64,000 nt of DNA, from assembly GCF_037042905.1 (NCBI RefSeq), contig NC_087245.1, positions 16,866,001 through 16,930,000 of the forward strand, written 5' to 3'. Both the position numbers and the translations under genes were made by a program. Under the pieces are notes generated by a model. It was not told where the DNA came from and did no database searches. It was given only the letters and a program-made list of their open reading frames with translations. This DNA comes from Lytechinus pictus. Lineage: Eukaryota. Shown piece after piece: positions 27,401 through 51,697 of this stretch (within the stretch, counting starts at the first letter, position 1; every line of letters starts with the position of its first letter).

Positions 27401-28593
27401 GACAGAAGTGGAAACTCACCAATAACTCAGTAGTAGAGGTAAAGACATCAATCATGATTGATTCCTTGTTTAGACTGATGTTCAAGGGGAAGGGCAGTCC
27501 CTCTCTATCTTTTATCCGTATTTGACTGACCATTAGCACCTGTGACTCTTTAAGCCATGAGTAATATCCACATTTTGCATGTTGGGGTCGTGCAGAGCTA
27601 TAATTGCTATATCCATGCACTCCATTACTCACGCACATATTTTCATTGAAAACAACTGTACCTCACAATTTCGCGCCCGAGGTCGCTCTCTCAAAATCTT
27701 CATTTCTGAACACCTTTAGTAGCGTGAGCGTGAAGAGAATTTCCATGACTGTTCACATTACACAATTAGAGTAGAATTTTCCCGGCATACTTTGGAAGCC
27801 ATGCAGTTTGTAAATGAAACTGAGAAAAGTCTTTTAAAATAGAGGTTGATTGTTGTCTGAAAACAATCTATGTTGGAATATTTGTCCTGATTATTTCAAC
27901 CCATTGATATAAATGGTGCCTTTAGGATTTTTAGGTCAGTTTATCATTAAGCAATCTAGGCTACCTTTAATCTTATTAAGGATAGTGGGGGTATGGCGTA
28001 TTCCTCCTGTATGTATATGGCAAAGCGAATGTAAAGTGCAATGTGCCAACTCTAGAATTTGTGAAAGCATTTTATGAAAGGCATGTTTTAAGCTCACTTC
28101 AGGCTTTTATGGAACAAGGAAACTTGAATAATTACTTTTCGAGTAATAAAGACAGTAAGCTATATGTGACGTTATTAAAATAGATTCTTTTTTTGGTGGT
28201 AAACATCACCTGTTACTGGGTAAACACCGAGTAATATCTATTTAACCATGAGAGTAGAGCAGTTTGGTTGGCCCTTGATAGATGGAAGCTACCTACCCCA
28301 AAGCCAACATAGAGGGACACTCACAAGAAGTCTCCAAACCCAGTGCCAATTCACCCTAGCACCTATCTTCAGTTGGCTTTAGATAAGTTATCTTCCCTTG
28401 TACAGGGGCAAAATTCAGATAGTTTGAGAGCTTACAAATCAATCAAGCCTCAGCTTCTGAATTGTATCTTTGATATAGATATTGATCATATTTCTAATTT
28501 ATATTTTTGCAGATTGCTGGATTAAGGTTCATCTTTCTTGTCAACCAAGATGTAATCAGCACATTAAGAACAGAACCAATGGCCGTCAAATGA
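12481..28593 (+). CDS. MCRS1: Microspherule protein 1 (MCRS1/MSP58; FHA-domain subunit of the NSL and INO80 complexes), ~718 aa
   Basis: Phase-consistent GT-AG exons: 12481-12736, 15407-16038, 16446-16652, 18142-18267, 19984-20093, 20715-20823, 21450-21588, 22528-22603, 23501-23529, 24070-24162, 25792-25874, 27223-27438, 28513-28593 (2157 nt). Hallmark motifs: KRRSSSRSIKRKKFDDELVESSL, RWTAEDDLALI, GVKFSHRF...ERWYALLYDP, MKQYHLLPDQTVQPMPRGDHVLNFSDAED, QTLAVLRGRLVRYLMRSKE, and the FHA domain ITIGR...DVDLSLEGPAWKVSRKQG. AATAAA at 30216. Confidence 0.96.
12921..13237. mobile_element. MITE-like element flanked by TA
   Basis: taagcccagtgcaccacactgctgcgatg pairs imperfectly with catcgcacagtgttcgctgggcttta. 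Confidence 0.55.
16872..17115 (+). mobile_element. tRNA-derived SINE (MCRS1 intron)
   Basis: A-box tggtctagtgg and decayed B-box gagtttgaatcc in a tRNA-like head, followed by a non-tRNA body. Confidence 0.65.
21105..21300 (+). mobile_element. tRNA-derived SINE (MCRS1 intron)
   Basis: A-box tggctgagtgg and B-box-like ggttcaatcgc, followed by the core tgcccgtgagcaaggtattt and an A-rich end. Confidence 0.65.
21784..22051 (+). mobile_element. tRNA-derived SINE (MCRS1 intron)
   Basis: tggctcagttggtagagcg...gagttcaaacccc head, then a body and an aataaaa...(ttca)n tail. Confidence 0.7.
24979..25137. mobile_element. Palindromic MITE
   Basis: gggccccgttgcataaaagttaccattatggtaactttgcca pairs with tggcaaagttaccataatagtaaattttatgcaacagggccc. 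Confidence 0.75.
25457..25700 (+). mobile_element. tRNA-derived SINE (MCRS1 intron)
   Basis: A-box tggtccagtgg and B-box ggttcaaatcc, then the core ttccttcagcaag...tgcactcaacccaggtg...aatgggtacc typical of invertebrate core-type SINEs. Confidence 0.75.
26459..27017 (-). mobile_element. 5'-truncated LINE fragment (Rex1/Babar- or L2-like ORF2 C-terminus, 3' UTR and tandem tail)
   Basis: ORF 26811-27017 ends SIMKDTSHPLNHYYSFYRSGIRL...RLSRFRNSFIPDSIHKLN, matching the I..D.SHP...SG.R...RF..SF.P..I..LN C-terminal pattern of these LINEs. The tail near 26460-26503 is a repeated aataaatatcttgtatc on the minus strand. Confidence 0.75.
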
Positions 28594-31060
28594 TCGCCTA
28601 GCTCACGTTGCAGAGATGGAGGAGAATTGTATCCTTAAGATATACCACACCTTGCTACATGAAACTCATAACAATGCTAATATTCCCTGCAATAACAGAA
28701 AGAAACAGGTGTCATGTTTACCAAATTTGCATTGATAGATGTTTGTATTGTAACCTACTGTGCTTTACTTTGGCTGTTTGGTGTAGAAATTACGACCTTG
28801 TTAACTTTGCCATTGTAGTATTTTTATTGGCTGCTAAGCCCTGTAACCATGGGAAAGTTACCATAGTTGTAAATTCTTTATGAAAATGGGCCCCTGGGTG
28901 AAATTAACATTGGTTTCTTTGAAGACATCAATTGCCTTTGACATCATCATATTGTATGTGGGGGTGACATGGCCAAGTGGTTATGACTCTCGTCATGCTA
29001 TCAGAGGGACTTGAGTGAGGTTATTGTTTACTTTTTATTGATAGTTTTTAAAGTTTATTAAAAACACTCAAGAATAAACTTGGGAATACATTTACATCAA
29101 ATTTGGAGGGGGGGTCGTGTATACATTTTCTTAATGGTATTGCCTCAGAGTTTGAATTAAACCTTAGTTAAGAATGTGGCCTATGATGTTAGTATAAACA
29201 CCATGAAACCACTTATGAAGTAATCTGGCTTGCCATATCACATGCACAAATAATGTTTTACTTGAATTATTTTGCGAATTTGATCATTGTTCTGATCAGT
29301 GTTTGTCATTTCATCATTTTTCTACCAACTTTGTCAATATTTAAAGAATATTTGATCTTGTGAATCACAATTATTCTAGCTGTGGAAAATAATCAGAATA
29401 AATGAAAGTCTTATTTGATTATTAAAAAACATAGAATGATCACTTTCATTGCAGAAGGTGGTCATTAAATTCACATTTGACTGTTCAGGTTATGATATAA
29501 AATATGAGATACTAAATTGAGTTAAAACAGTTTTATTCATTCTGTACAATTTTCTATTCAATTCTCTCTGTCTCTATGCGAGTATCTCTCTTTTCCCCCT
29601 GCCTTTGTGTCTCTTCATTTCTAAGTCTCTCTCTTCCCCCTTCTCTCTCTATCATATCGACTTTTTTCTCGTTTTTTTAATTTCTCTTCCTCATCTTATG
29701 TCATTTTGTCAAATTTCTGGTGTTCATATTTATATCTTGTATTTCTCACTCTGTCCTATTTTCATGCCAATCACCCCCTGAGTGATCCCAGCAATCCCAT
29801 CTAGCCTTTCAATGTTAACCAAATGCTGCCTTTTGCTGTGGTAGAATTGTTATTTGTAAGAGAATGCGACAATTTTCAATCATGTTCCAGACTTTTTCTT
29901 GTGTGTATCCAGTATTCGAAATGCCTTCTCATATTTGGCATATTTGATATCAAGTACAGTGTTTGGCGTTAGTGTCTAGATTGTGAATCAGATTGAGCTC
30001 CAAATCCAAAGTATTATAGCTCAACAATGAGTAGTGTTGATAAAACACCAGCTTTGCCTCTCGTTTGGTGTTGTATTGTGTTCAATGTTGTGACTGATGT
30101 CTGCTTTTCCCATTCACTTACACTAGCATTAAACACTGTACTTGAATTATCATGTTCAGTGATTTTACTGTTTGTAAATTGTATATTTGACATTTTGAGA
30201 TATTGTTTCAATTGAAATAAAACATGTTGACATGTTACCTTTTTCAAAATTCTTTTTGTCCATGTAAGAATTCTTTTAGACTTTTTAATATTTAGTATCT
30301 ACATGATACCATTTTAGGATTCTTAGTTTAGACAAAAAGATCACTGGGCATATTGATAAAATATAGTTTTATTGGAAGAAAATCTGTGCAACAGCAAAAT
30401 GTACACATGTATATATTGCATCGGTAAATCACTCCCAGTGATTCACTCAACACATTTACTATAGAATAAGGCTGAGAGAGTTCAAAATATACTAATTATA
30501 AAGAACAGTTAGGTTTAACGTAATCCATGGTTGGGCTGTGTACAATAACAGAAGTACAGCTTAAAGAATAAAGATAAGTCAATTTAAATGAGATTTTATG
30601 AATAAAAAAATCAAGATACAAGAGCAGTCTATTTCAGGAATTTGGATACATGCCTTTGCTCCCTTACAAGAATTATTACCTTTAAAATGATGAGAGATAA
30701 ATCTGATATACACATTACTGAGATAAGAAAATACCACCCAAGTAATTTGTTCTAAAATATATGATTTGATCAGTATTTTTATGAATACCCCTACCTCCTG
30801 ATAATCAGTGACAACACCTGAATGAAAAGAGGAGATTCATCAGTTGTTAATTCTTATTTTGAAAGAGATGGATCAAAATAGAAGGGCTAACATTAACAAA
30901 TCAATTTTGATTGGTACCTAATGCAAATTTTGCAGTCTTTTGAGTTCACATGCAGATGAAATAACATCAGCCAATGGGGCTTTATCTTCATACACAGATG
31001 AAGATTATGGCCCTTAGCTTCTTTGTAAGATACATTTTGATGGTTTAGGCAAAGTTTGCA

Positions 31061-43338
<12,278 letters not shown>

Positions 43339-43486
43339 GGTGACGACTTGATTTAAAAAAATATATACAGAAACTTTAATGACTTTGTAATAAGATTTTA
43401 TATTGATTTTTTTAAGAAAAACATGTTGCTTTGTTTTGACTCATTATCGAACTGAATTTTCATCGTATAGGCCTACACCTGCTGCT

Positions 43487-43499
43487 GCTACTACTATTT

Positions 43500-43569
<70 letters not shown>

Positions 43570-43590
43570 CAATACTACTACTACTACCAA

Positions 43591-43625
<35 letters not shown>

Positions 43626-43645
43626 TACTACTACTACTACTTCTA
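43487..43645 (+). repeat. (TAC)n microsatellite
   Basis: Long tac tandem run with a few caa interruptions. Confidence 0.95.
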
Positions 43646-46600
43646 CTGAAGATAATGATACTCTTTTCATGCTACTTCTTTCACCTCTACAGCATCTACC
43701 ATAACAACCACTATAACCCTGCCCCAAACTCCCATTTGATGCAATACAAATTGGACGTCAAATTTTATAAATGAAGGATTGCATATAACATGCAATATAT
43801 CATCTATTTTGTACAGAAATTAAACTGGAAACAAATTTGTAATATCATTAAAGCAAATAATAGTTGCGTTCTGTTTCTATTGTAACCCTTGTAGAGTGGT
43901 GACGAAACAAAATGTAATCACTTCTAGTACTAGTATATTATTATGATTAGGCCTATTGTCGTCTAAATCCATCAGAGAAATTTAACTCTTCGCCTGCCAA
44001 CGTCGCAAAGTGACAAATAGACAGCAATTTGTATCTCAAGTTAAGAGTTAAAGGAATATTTCAACTTACCAAGGTTTGTCTTCTCCAATATTCGTCTTTA
44101 TCGGTAGTAATAACTTGTGAACATTCACATTGCGTCCTAGCGGCAAGACAATGCATTTGGTTCGGTTTGTTCAAATTATTTCCTTTACATGTACAGCCTG
44201 TCTAAACAAATTAACGACATCTCAAATTTTTACTCATAGGCTTATAACATGGCATCCTCTCTTATTGCCCATGTCCGTGATATCAATTCTCCGATAACGG
44301 GATTCATGTCATTGATATGCCGTAAATATGTATATTTTATTTGACTTAAAAGTTTGAAATATGTTTTATTTTTATTTTGATTAATTAATTTAACCTTTAT
44401 GCTAAAATCACTACCTGGCTGTCAACTGAGATATGAGTTTAAGAATGAATTAAACCGAACAGGCTGACCTATACAGCACAGAAAGCCTCTATCCTCATAT
44501 TATCTTTAAATAGGCATATTTCCCTCTACGAATAAGAACATGGAAACTGTACCAACTCCTACTACGATTGCTACCGTTATACACTGTTATATTTAGATAA
44601 TACGTACAGTTTCAAATGACTTTTATTGTCTTCTCTATTTTGATACTTTTCCCATTCAGAATAGCCCATTGTGCGTTTTGCTGTAAATATTGAACAAACC
44701 CATTCTTATCAAAACGGCTATTCCTTTCTTTGGCGACTCAAGTCAGAAACAAATTATTTTCTTTCTCCCCATAAAGACATTTGATTCCATGTCGGGAAGT
44801 CGTATTGAAATGTTATATAGCGGAATGACATAGCTTGCCACTCATCCGAATCGATAAAACTCATTTGGTAAACAAAAGCAAATATACAAACAATAGAATA
44901 GAAATGCATTCCTGCTCTAGCTGTCTCTCTTTATATTTTTTATTTGGACAGAGTGTACTGGTATTCTCTCATACTCTTTCAAACACCGGAAGTGGACAAG
45001 GAAGATGGGAAGGAAATGCTCTTAGAGTTTGAACTCGAGACCAGAAAATACAAACAGACGGTGGATTGGGACCCGTTGGGTAGATCACGTACCTTCAGTC
45101 CGTTCTTTGAACTTAAAAAGAATTCGATTACTCTTCCACGAAAAACTACTTTCACTTTAGCGAATTTAAGTTTGGTCAAAAATTGAAACAGTCGTGTGAA
45201 CACAGTATCAGATAAATGCTGGATGTAAGAATATTAGTGCACTTGCTCTCACTTCCATGATATATTTCTATAGAGAGCAAATCAGAAAGCATGTTAGATA
45301 TGTGCTATTCACAATATATACACAATAAATCCTTTTGGATTACTACGGATTGACTCTCGGACACTTTCATAGTAATAAATTTGTAAAAAATAAAGGAAAT
45401 TTAATAGGTCTTTCTTTCAAATTTAAAGCATAGTGAGATAAGAGAGATTATTATTTCAATTTATTCAACCCGCTATTCTTGCTATCGCTACCCTCTCTAC
45501 GACTCCATCCATATCACTTTCTTTCCACTGTTCGATTGTTATTTTGCCGGTTATCATGGTTATTAGGTTGTACCTGAATATGAAATAACCAGACAATACA
45601 CATGTTGCTTTTCAGACTGCTTACCCTATATTACCAATGATATTATCAATATTGTAGTGTTTATTCTGTCTTGACTTGATATCAGGATATAAAAAAAATA
45701 AAAGGACAATGATTTGAGGCGGACTGCAATTTATTCCAAGAATATACGAGACTATTTCATGTTATCGGTTATGAGCTTGGAGGCTCCCGCCATTTGTGAT
45801 ATTTTTTTTCTCTTCTACATGCACAGTGCTACATTTAGGTAAATATCATTCCTGCCTAGCTTAAGTATACAATCTTCACTTTCAAAACTATCTTGATAAA
45901 ACAAATTATAAGGAGTATTTATCAGGAAATCATGATTGTGTTTCATCATACTCAGTACTGATCATACTTATTGTTTATATTGTTTATATGAACTTTAGAA
46001 AACGATAACATTGTATTCTGACGAGAGGAATTTAGACATTTTTATTACGAAAATCTAATTTTGTGACAGATTTTAGCATAAAATCATCTTTGACTATCTC
46101 ATTCCTTGTCTTTTCTTTTCTTGGTCGTGATTTTTTTTTTTTTTTGGGGGGGGGGTGGGGGTGGGGGGCAAGTGCCCTTAAACCCCCACCATCTGTGCGC
46201 CAGTGCTAAACATTACAAACCAATTACAAACTTATATGAATAAAATAGCATTCAATATTCAATCCCACTATTGTAGACCGGTGATGAACCGTCTCTTCAT
46301 TTAATGACGCACCATCTCTGCCATATTCGACAAAAATCGTCAGCATCCAATTGTTCAATGGATCAAACCATGTTCAATGTCTCAAATTCCATACATCACC
46401 ATTTTACATTTTTTCGGTCTTTCCATCGATGAAAACGAAGAGTTGACGATCTCCCGCTGTAGTCGACCTCGCTGAACATTCCACAAGCTTCAACAATGAG
46501 GAGAATGGTGAGCTGGGGTGCATCCTGCCATAAACTGTGTGCCATCTAAAACTAAATATCGGCCAGAAAAAAAAAACTCTACTTTTTGGTTCTAAGAATA

Positions 46601-46669
46601 GTCATCAATAAATTATTAATTATCCAACAAACTATTTCTTTAACGCTCCAACTATGGTTCTATACCTTG

Positions 46670-47409
46670 CAGTGGCGTAATGAGCTAAACAAAAATTTAG
46701 GTAGCTATATATGGCGTATCACGTAAAATAAAATAAAAAATGCGATCGAGAAAAAATGTTGGCATATTTATTACAAAAAATCAAATTTTGTGATAGACAT
46801 GATAGAGTTTGACACAATATTCAGAAAATGATTTATTTCACCCTTCTCTCTTTCATTTTCCCCTTTTTCATGGTCGTGATTTTTTTTTTTTTTTTTTTTT
46901 TTGGGGGGGGAAGAGCCCACTCATTCAATGAACAAGGTTATGATATAACCTTGTTATCAGTTATATCTCCATGTGTGGCAAAATAAGGATGGCAATGTTT
47001 GGCTTATTTTCTCTTTTTCTTTGGGACAAATGCTTGATTTTTTTTTACACTGACAGTTTCCATTACACCTATTCGTCATACAACTTGGCCCTTAAGTAAA
47101 TTTGATTCTTTAAATTATTTTTTTCTTAATTAAAAATAGAGATAAAAAATGAAAATTTTCTTGCCATATTATTTTCCATCAATAGAGGGCGTACACAAAA
47201 ATATGCCCAAAATTCAAGTTTTTGAGCGCTCTAGTGAATACAAAAATTATTCCCAAGTTACTAATGAAAAATAAATTGCAACTGTACGGATTTAGTAATT
47301 TTGGTCACAAAAGTGCTATTTTAATCATTTTTTAAGGTGTGTGCTCTGTACAGCATTGGCATGCCATAGTCCAACCTGTAGATTCCCCACAGGCATCTGT
47401 ACGCCACTG
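46670..47409. mobile_element. Non-autonomous hAT-like element with CAGTGGCGTA TIRs
   Basis: cagtggcgta at 46670 pairs with tacgccactg at 47400-47409. The flanks ataccttg and attgcttg match at 6 of 8 positions, a possible decayed 8-bp TSD. Related catctgt(a/g)cgccagtg ends occur near 46200, 49170 and 58675. Confidence 0.6.
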
Positions 47410-50400
47410 ATTGCTTGAAATGCAGACAACAGAGTTTTCTCAAAAGTTCAAAAGACACCAAGGTTTAACCAATATCATCATAATTATTACCTGTTCATTA
47501 ATAATCATACATTCACTAATAAGAAGTTTTTTATCTCAATTTATTGTTTCATTTACATGTCTTTCCTTTCTTTATCTAAATAAGATAAAACGCTCCAAAA
47601 TCAACTCACCACTCCAGTATTGCTGAATTACTACTGAAGATGCTATTCTACAATAAATGAAATACTCTGTCACAGACAGGTTCTTCTGCTTTCAAACTTG
47701 ATAATTTTTGATGATATAAAACTCGAAAAATTATGAAGAAATTAATCTGATGATTTCTTCAGAGAACCCATGCTCATGGTACGTCCATCTGCTCTATAAC
47801 AAGCTAGCTGTGTGGGTTTGCGCTGACCAAGTACACTTTTCTACATGTTCAGTGGATCATGAAGCAACGTGGTCAAACCTAATTTGCATATTTGCATTGA
47901 AAAATCTCAAACACAAAAGCCTATCCTGTGCTGAATGCATTTCAAATAGCTCTGGCATTAAAGACTATTAAAGACTCAATAAACAAGACCTCTTTCACAC
48001 TGGAAAATTGAACATTCTCCAACACTAATCACATTCATTTTCACGCCCTCTGACATAAGAGAAACTATAGACAAGACCTCTTTCACATAATATAGGAAAT
48101 CAAACCTCATTTCTCAGCACTAATTTTATTTCACAATCATTCACCACCAATGGCACAAAACCAAGTCTTTGATTTTATCTATTTTATTTGTCTTAATCTG
48201 GAATAAGAGTACACAAGAAGAAAATGCAAGTTTAATTCCACTTTGATAAATATATATTTTTCAGAACATAATTATGTAAACATCGTTTTCAATCATAACA
48301 ATTAATTTTTAAGTTCGCAGTAACTAGCGTTACTCTATGATAATTGTAAATGTGAAATAATGCATACGTCAATATTAAATCAATTTCCTTTCTATTTTCT
48401 TAAACCATTAACAATATGCTAAAGCTTCAAACAAGATTTTTAATAGGAACATTATAAATGCATCAACGTATTTCCAAAACATGAATTTCTGAGCACACCC
48501 AAACAAAGTAATGAGGCTGTAATACTTTCAGAGCTTTATAATATGATAAAATGCATAGTTCTAGCATAAAAAAATGATAATTTATCAGATTTATATTTTT
48601 TTCATGTTTATTGGGAACTATTTTTTAAGTCTTTGAAACCTCTTGTTTAGTACACTTTTCCTTCATGATTTCAAGCTTGTAAGATTATATTTTGGTTTTC
48701 CTGCTAGTTTTGTATACATGTTATGGTATGATTTGAATATAGTTATGTGAATAATCTGGACTGAACTGAAATCCTTTTTAGAGTTGGGTGGTACACATGA
48801 AATATTAGCTCTAAACAGAGAGAGTTGTGGCGGTACATCAGTTTAGATTGGACATATTATTTCGAAATGAATATGCTCTTAACCCTACACAGGGTAAACT
48901 TAAACATTATTCGAGGAAGTAGTTTAATGAGCCAATAAATTTGAAGTGGCCAGGCATGGCGTATGAGGCGAAAATTCCAAAAGGCTTCTCGCGAGCGAAG
49001 CGAGCAAGGAAAAATCCGAATTTATCTAATTTATCTAATCTAATTTTATGATAGATTCTAATATAGTGTTGGGAAATTAATATGATATTTCACCCCTTTC
49101 CTATTATCTTTTTATTACTGGACGTGAACAATATTCGGGGTCCATGGTCCATCCCAAGCTCCCATCTGTACGCCAGTGATTGATGGCAATTTAATGTGTC
49201 AATTCGATATACAACTTTAACCTACAGTGCATAGTGAACATAAAACATTAAATTTTGCATCAGTATCAGTTATTTTTACAATAAAATGCAGATTTGCTAG
49301 TGTACTTTGAAGTTGAAGATGAAACTGTATTACCCCTAAAATACACATACAAAGACAATATTGTTGATGTGCAAACAAGAAAACAATATAGTTGGTAAAA
49401 GGGTGCCACAAAATAACAATAGCTGCTCATCGGGTGTGGCACCCTGTACGCAATTATGTATAACTCTTCCAAATATATGGATTCATGCTTACAAGGCTAT
49501 TATCTAAGGACTTCATTCGATATACTGACAACTAATTCAGTTACTTTAGCAATGTAAAACCCATCGAACAAATTTTTCATGATATAGAACATGAGGTAAA
49601 TCGTAGATTCTTATTTTTTTATTTAGCAGAAGTATGGGACTTTGGACACAAAATCAATTTTTATATAAAAATTGGAAAGGTGGAACAATTTCCAACGTCA
49701 CCAGTACCATTCACCATAAACTAATATAACTCTGGTATATATTCTAGAACAATGAAACTTCACAGCATTATATGGTTTAAAACAAATTAAAGTTTTGAAT
49801 AAGCTGTTTGTACTATGAAATAATACGATTAACTACTGAAAACTAGTAAGAGTGCCACCATTATTAGGTGCCAAGTTTATGATGTTCTCTTGCCATCGTG
49901 CGGTTGTATTTAGCGGTACATGCCAAGTCGTGATTTTGGCACCGATCAACGTTTGATTTTTTTTCTTCAAAATTAGTTGTGAATATCGGTGAGGTACTCA
50001 TCATGTTTATTATACTCAGGTAAAACATCAGGTTCACATAAAACCATACTTAGTTTCAAGTCAATTTTCTCATGCTGGAATGCAGTATGGTGGAATCTGA
50101 ATTTGGTGCCAAGCGTTATCTCTTCGAGTGCGTGATACATATACATTTTAGACCTAGACCTACTATTTACAATTACTTAAGCAGTCACAGATGATTAATG
50201 AATGGTTTAGTGCATACTAAAAAAAGAAAAGAAAATGAAACATAGAAAAAGATGACGATAGCGAACAAAATGCTATGAGTGTAAGAGATGAGGGACAAGG
50301 GAAAGACAGAAAGAGAGAGAGAGGGGGGGGGGGAGGGGTAGGGATAAATGACGAAAAAGTGATTATATGAAAATGAATTGAGTCAAGTATAAAGACTTAA

Positions 50401-50443
50401 GAACGTATTTTCAATCATATGATGGACGACTAAGTCACCCAGC

Positions 50444-51697
50444 TCAGGCTTTATTTTCTGCAGATTCACTGGTTGAGAGGGTGTTATTGGACGAAAGTGT
50501 ATTCGATAACGTGCCGTTGTTAGCCGCTCCTGGCTTGGGTTTGTTTCCTGTATCTTGCTCGAAGATGGATGACCGTCCCTGGGCATCCCTGACGAACAAT
50601 CCTTTCACAGCGACCCGAAACTGGGGGAACCTTGCCGCGTAGATGATAGGGTTCGCGCAGGAGTTGTAAAACGCCAGGACATTAAGGATGCGATAGAAAG
50701 GACTAAAGAAGTAGGTAGAGGACACGAGGCCGACATTGAGGCCGAAGAAGACAGTCTGGTTCGGCCCCCAGGTGACGATGTAGATGACAATGACAATAGC
50801 CATTAGCTTGAGGACACGGTTCCGAGCCACGATATGAAACGAGGCATTGCTCTGGGAGTTGCCTTTGTTGGATTTGAAGCGCAGTGATTGCTTCTGGAGC
50901 TCCCGAGCGATAAGAACCTGGGTGATAAGCATGGTGAGTGCTGGGATGGCGAGACGAGTGGCAAAGACAAAACAACCGAAAACAACCTGCCCCTCGACTG
51001 TAGGAAACTTGAGAACACATCGTTGGCTAACGACGTCGACGCGGAACATGATGAAGCCTGATATAGGAATGAGTACGGCAAGGAGCCACACGCAGATGAC
51101 GATGTAGGAGACGAGACGGCGGTTGACGATACGGTTGAATCGAAGCGGATAGACCACCGCAAAGAATCTATCGAAGGATATCGTCATCAGGGTATAGATT
51201 GACGCACTTACAGCAGTCCATCTGAAGAAAGCTGACCAGACCAGCTTACAGTAGAAGTTACCAAGGCTCGTGTTAGGTACACGGGTCGCTTGAGGTCGAG
51301 GAATCAGGAGAAGCGAAGTTAAGAAGTCGGCGATAGCTAAATTACCAACTAAGATATCGGTAGATCGACTTGTTGATCGACGCTGAAAGGTGACGATGAT
51401 GACGAGAAGGTTCCCGACGAGGCCAACGATCGCAGAGACTAGCTGGAGAATCGTCCACCAGGGCCATGCGAGAGTGGACCATACCCAAACCTGCTCTGTT
51501 TCTGTGGGTGCGATGGTGGAAGTTTCTCCAAAGTCAGAAACTGTAGTTAACATCGCCTCATCACAGAAGGACAGATCACCGGGCTGTAGAGTCACAGTCT
51601 GATGATAGAAAGATGTCACGTTCTCAGCCATTGACAGCTTTGCGACAGTGGCCAGTGTAGCTACAATAATAACACTCTTCATTGTTGGTTTATCCAT
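50444..51697 (-). CDS. Class A (rhodopsin-like) GPCR, galanin/allatostatin-A-receptor-like orphan, 417 aa, single coding exon
   Basis: Seven hydrophobic segments with GN (TM1), LAIAD (TM2), C...DRF (TM3), W (TM4), P (TM5), WGP (TM6) and NSCANPIIY (TM7). N-terminal signal-like peptide and an NVT glycosylation sequon. Likely 5' UTR intron at 51727-52328. Confidence 0.93.
   Translation of the reverse strand: MDKPTMKSVIIVATLATVAKLSMAENVTSFYHQTVTLQPGDLSFCDEAMLTTVSDFGETSTIAPTETEQVWVWSTLAWPWWTILQLVSAIVGLVGNLLVIIVTFQRRSTSRSTDILVGNLAIADFLTSLLLIPRPQATRVPNTSLGNFYCKLVWSAFFRWTAVSASIYTLMTISFDRFFAVVYPLRFNRIVNRRLVSYIVICVWLLAVLIPISGFIMFRVDVVSQRCVLKFPTVEGQVVFGCFVFATRLAIPALTMLITQVLIARELQKQSLRFKSNKGNSQSNASFHIVARNRVLKLMAIVIVIYIVTWGPNQTVFFGLNVGLVSSTYFFSPFYRILNVLAFYNSCANPIIYAARFPQFRVAVKGLFVRDAQGRSSIFEQDTGNKPKPGAANNGTLSNTLSSNNTLSTSESAENKA

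Noticed and set aside
47600..47975. Exon-like segment with splice-like signals on the minus strand
   Set aside because: There is no sustained open frame or recognisable product and no linked exons.
50605..51602. Overlapping alternative-frame and antisense ORFs within the GPCR
   Set aside because: They are expected shadows of a GC-richer CDS and carry no recognisable motifs.
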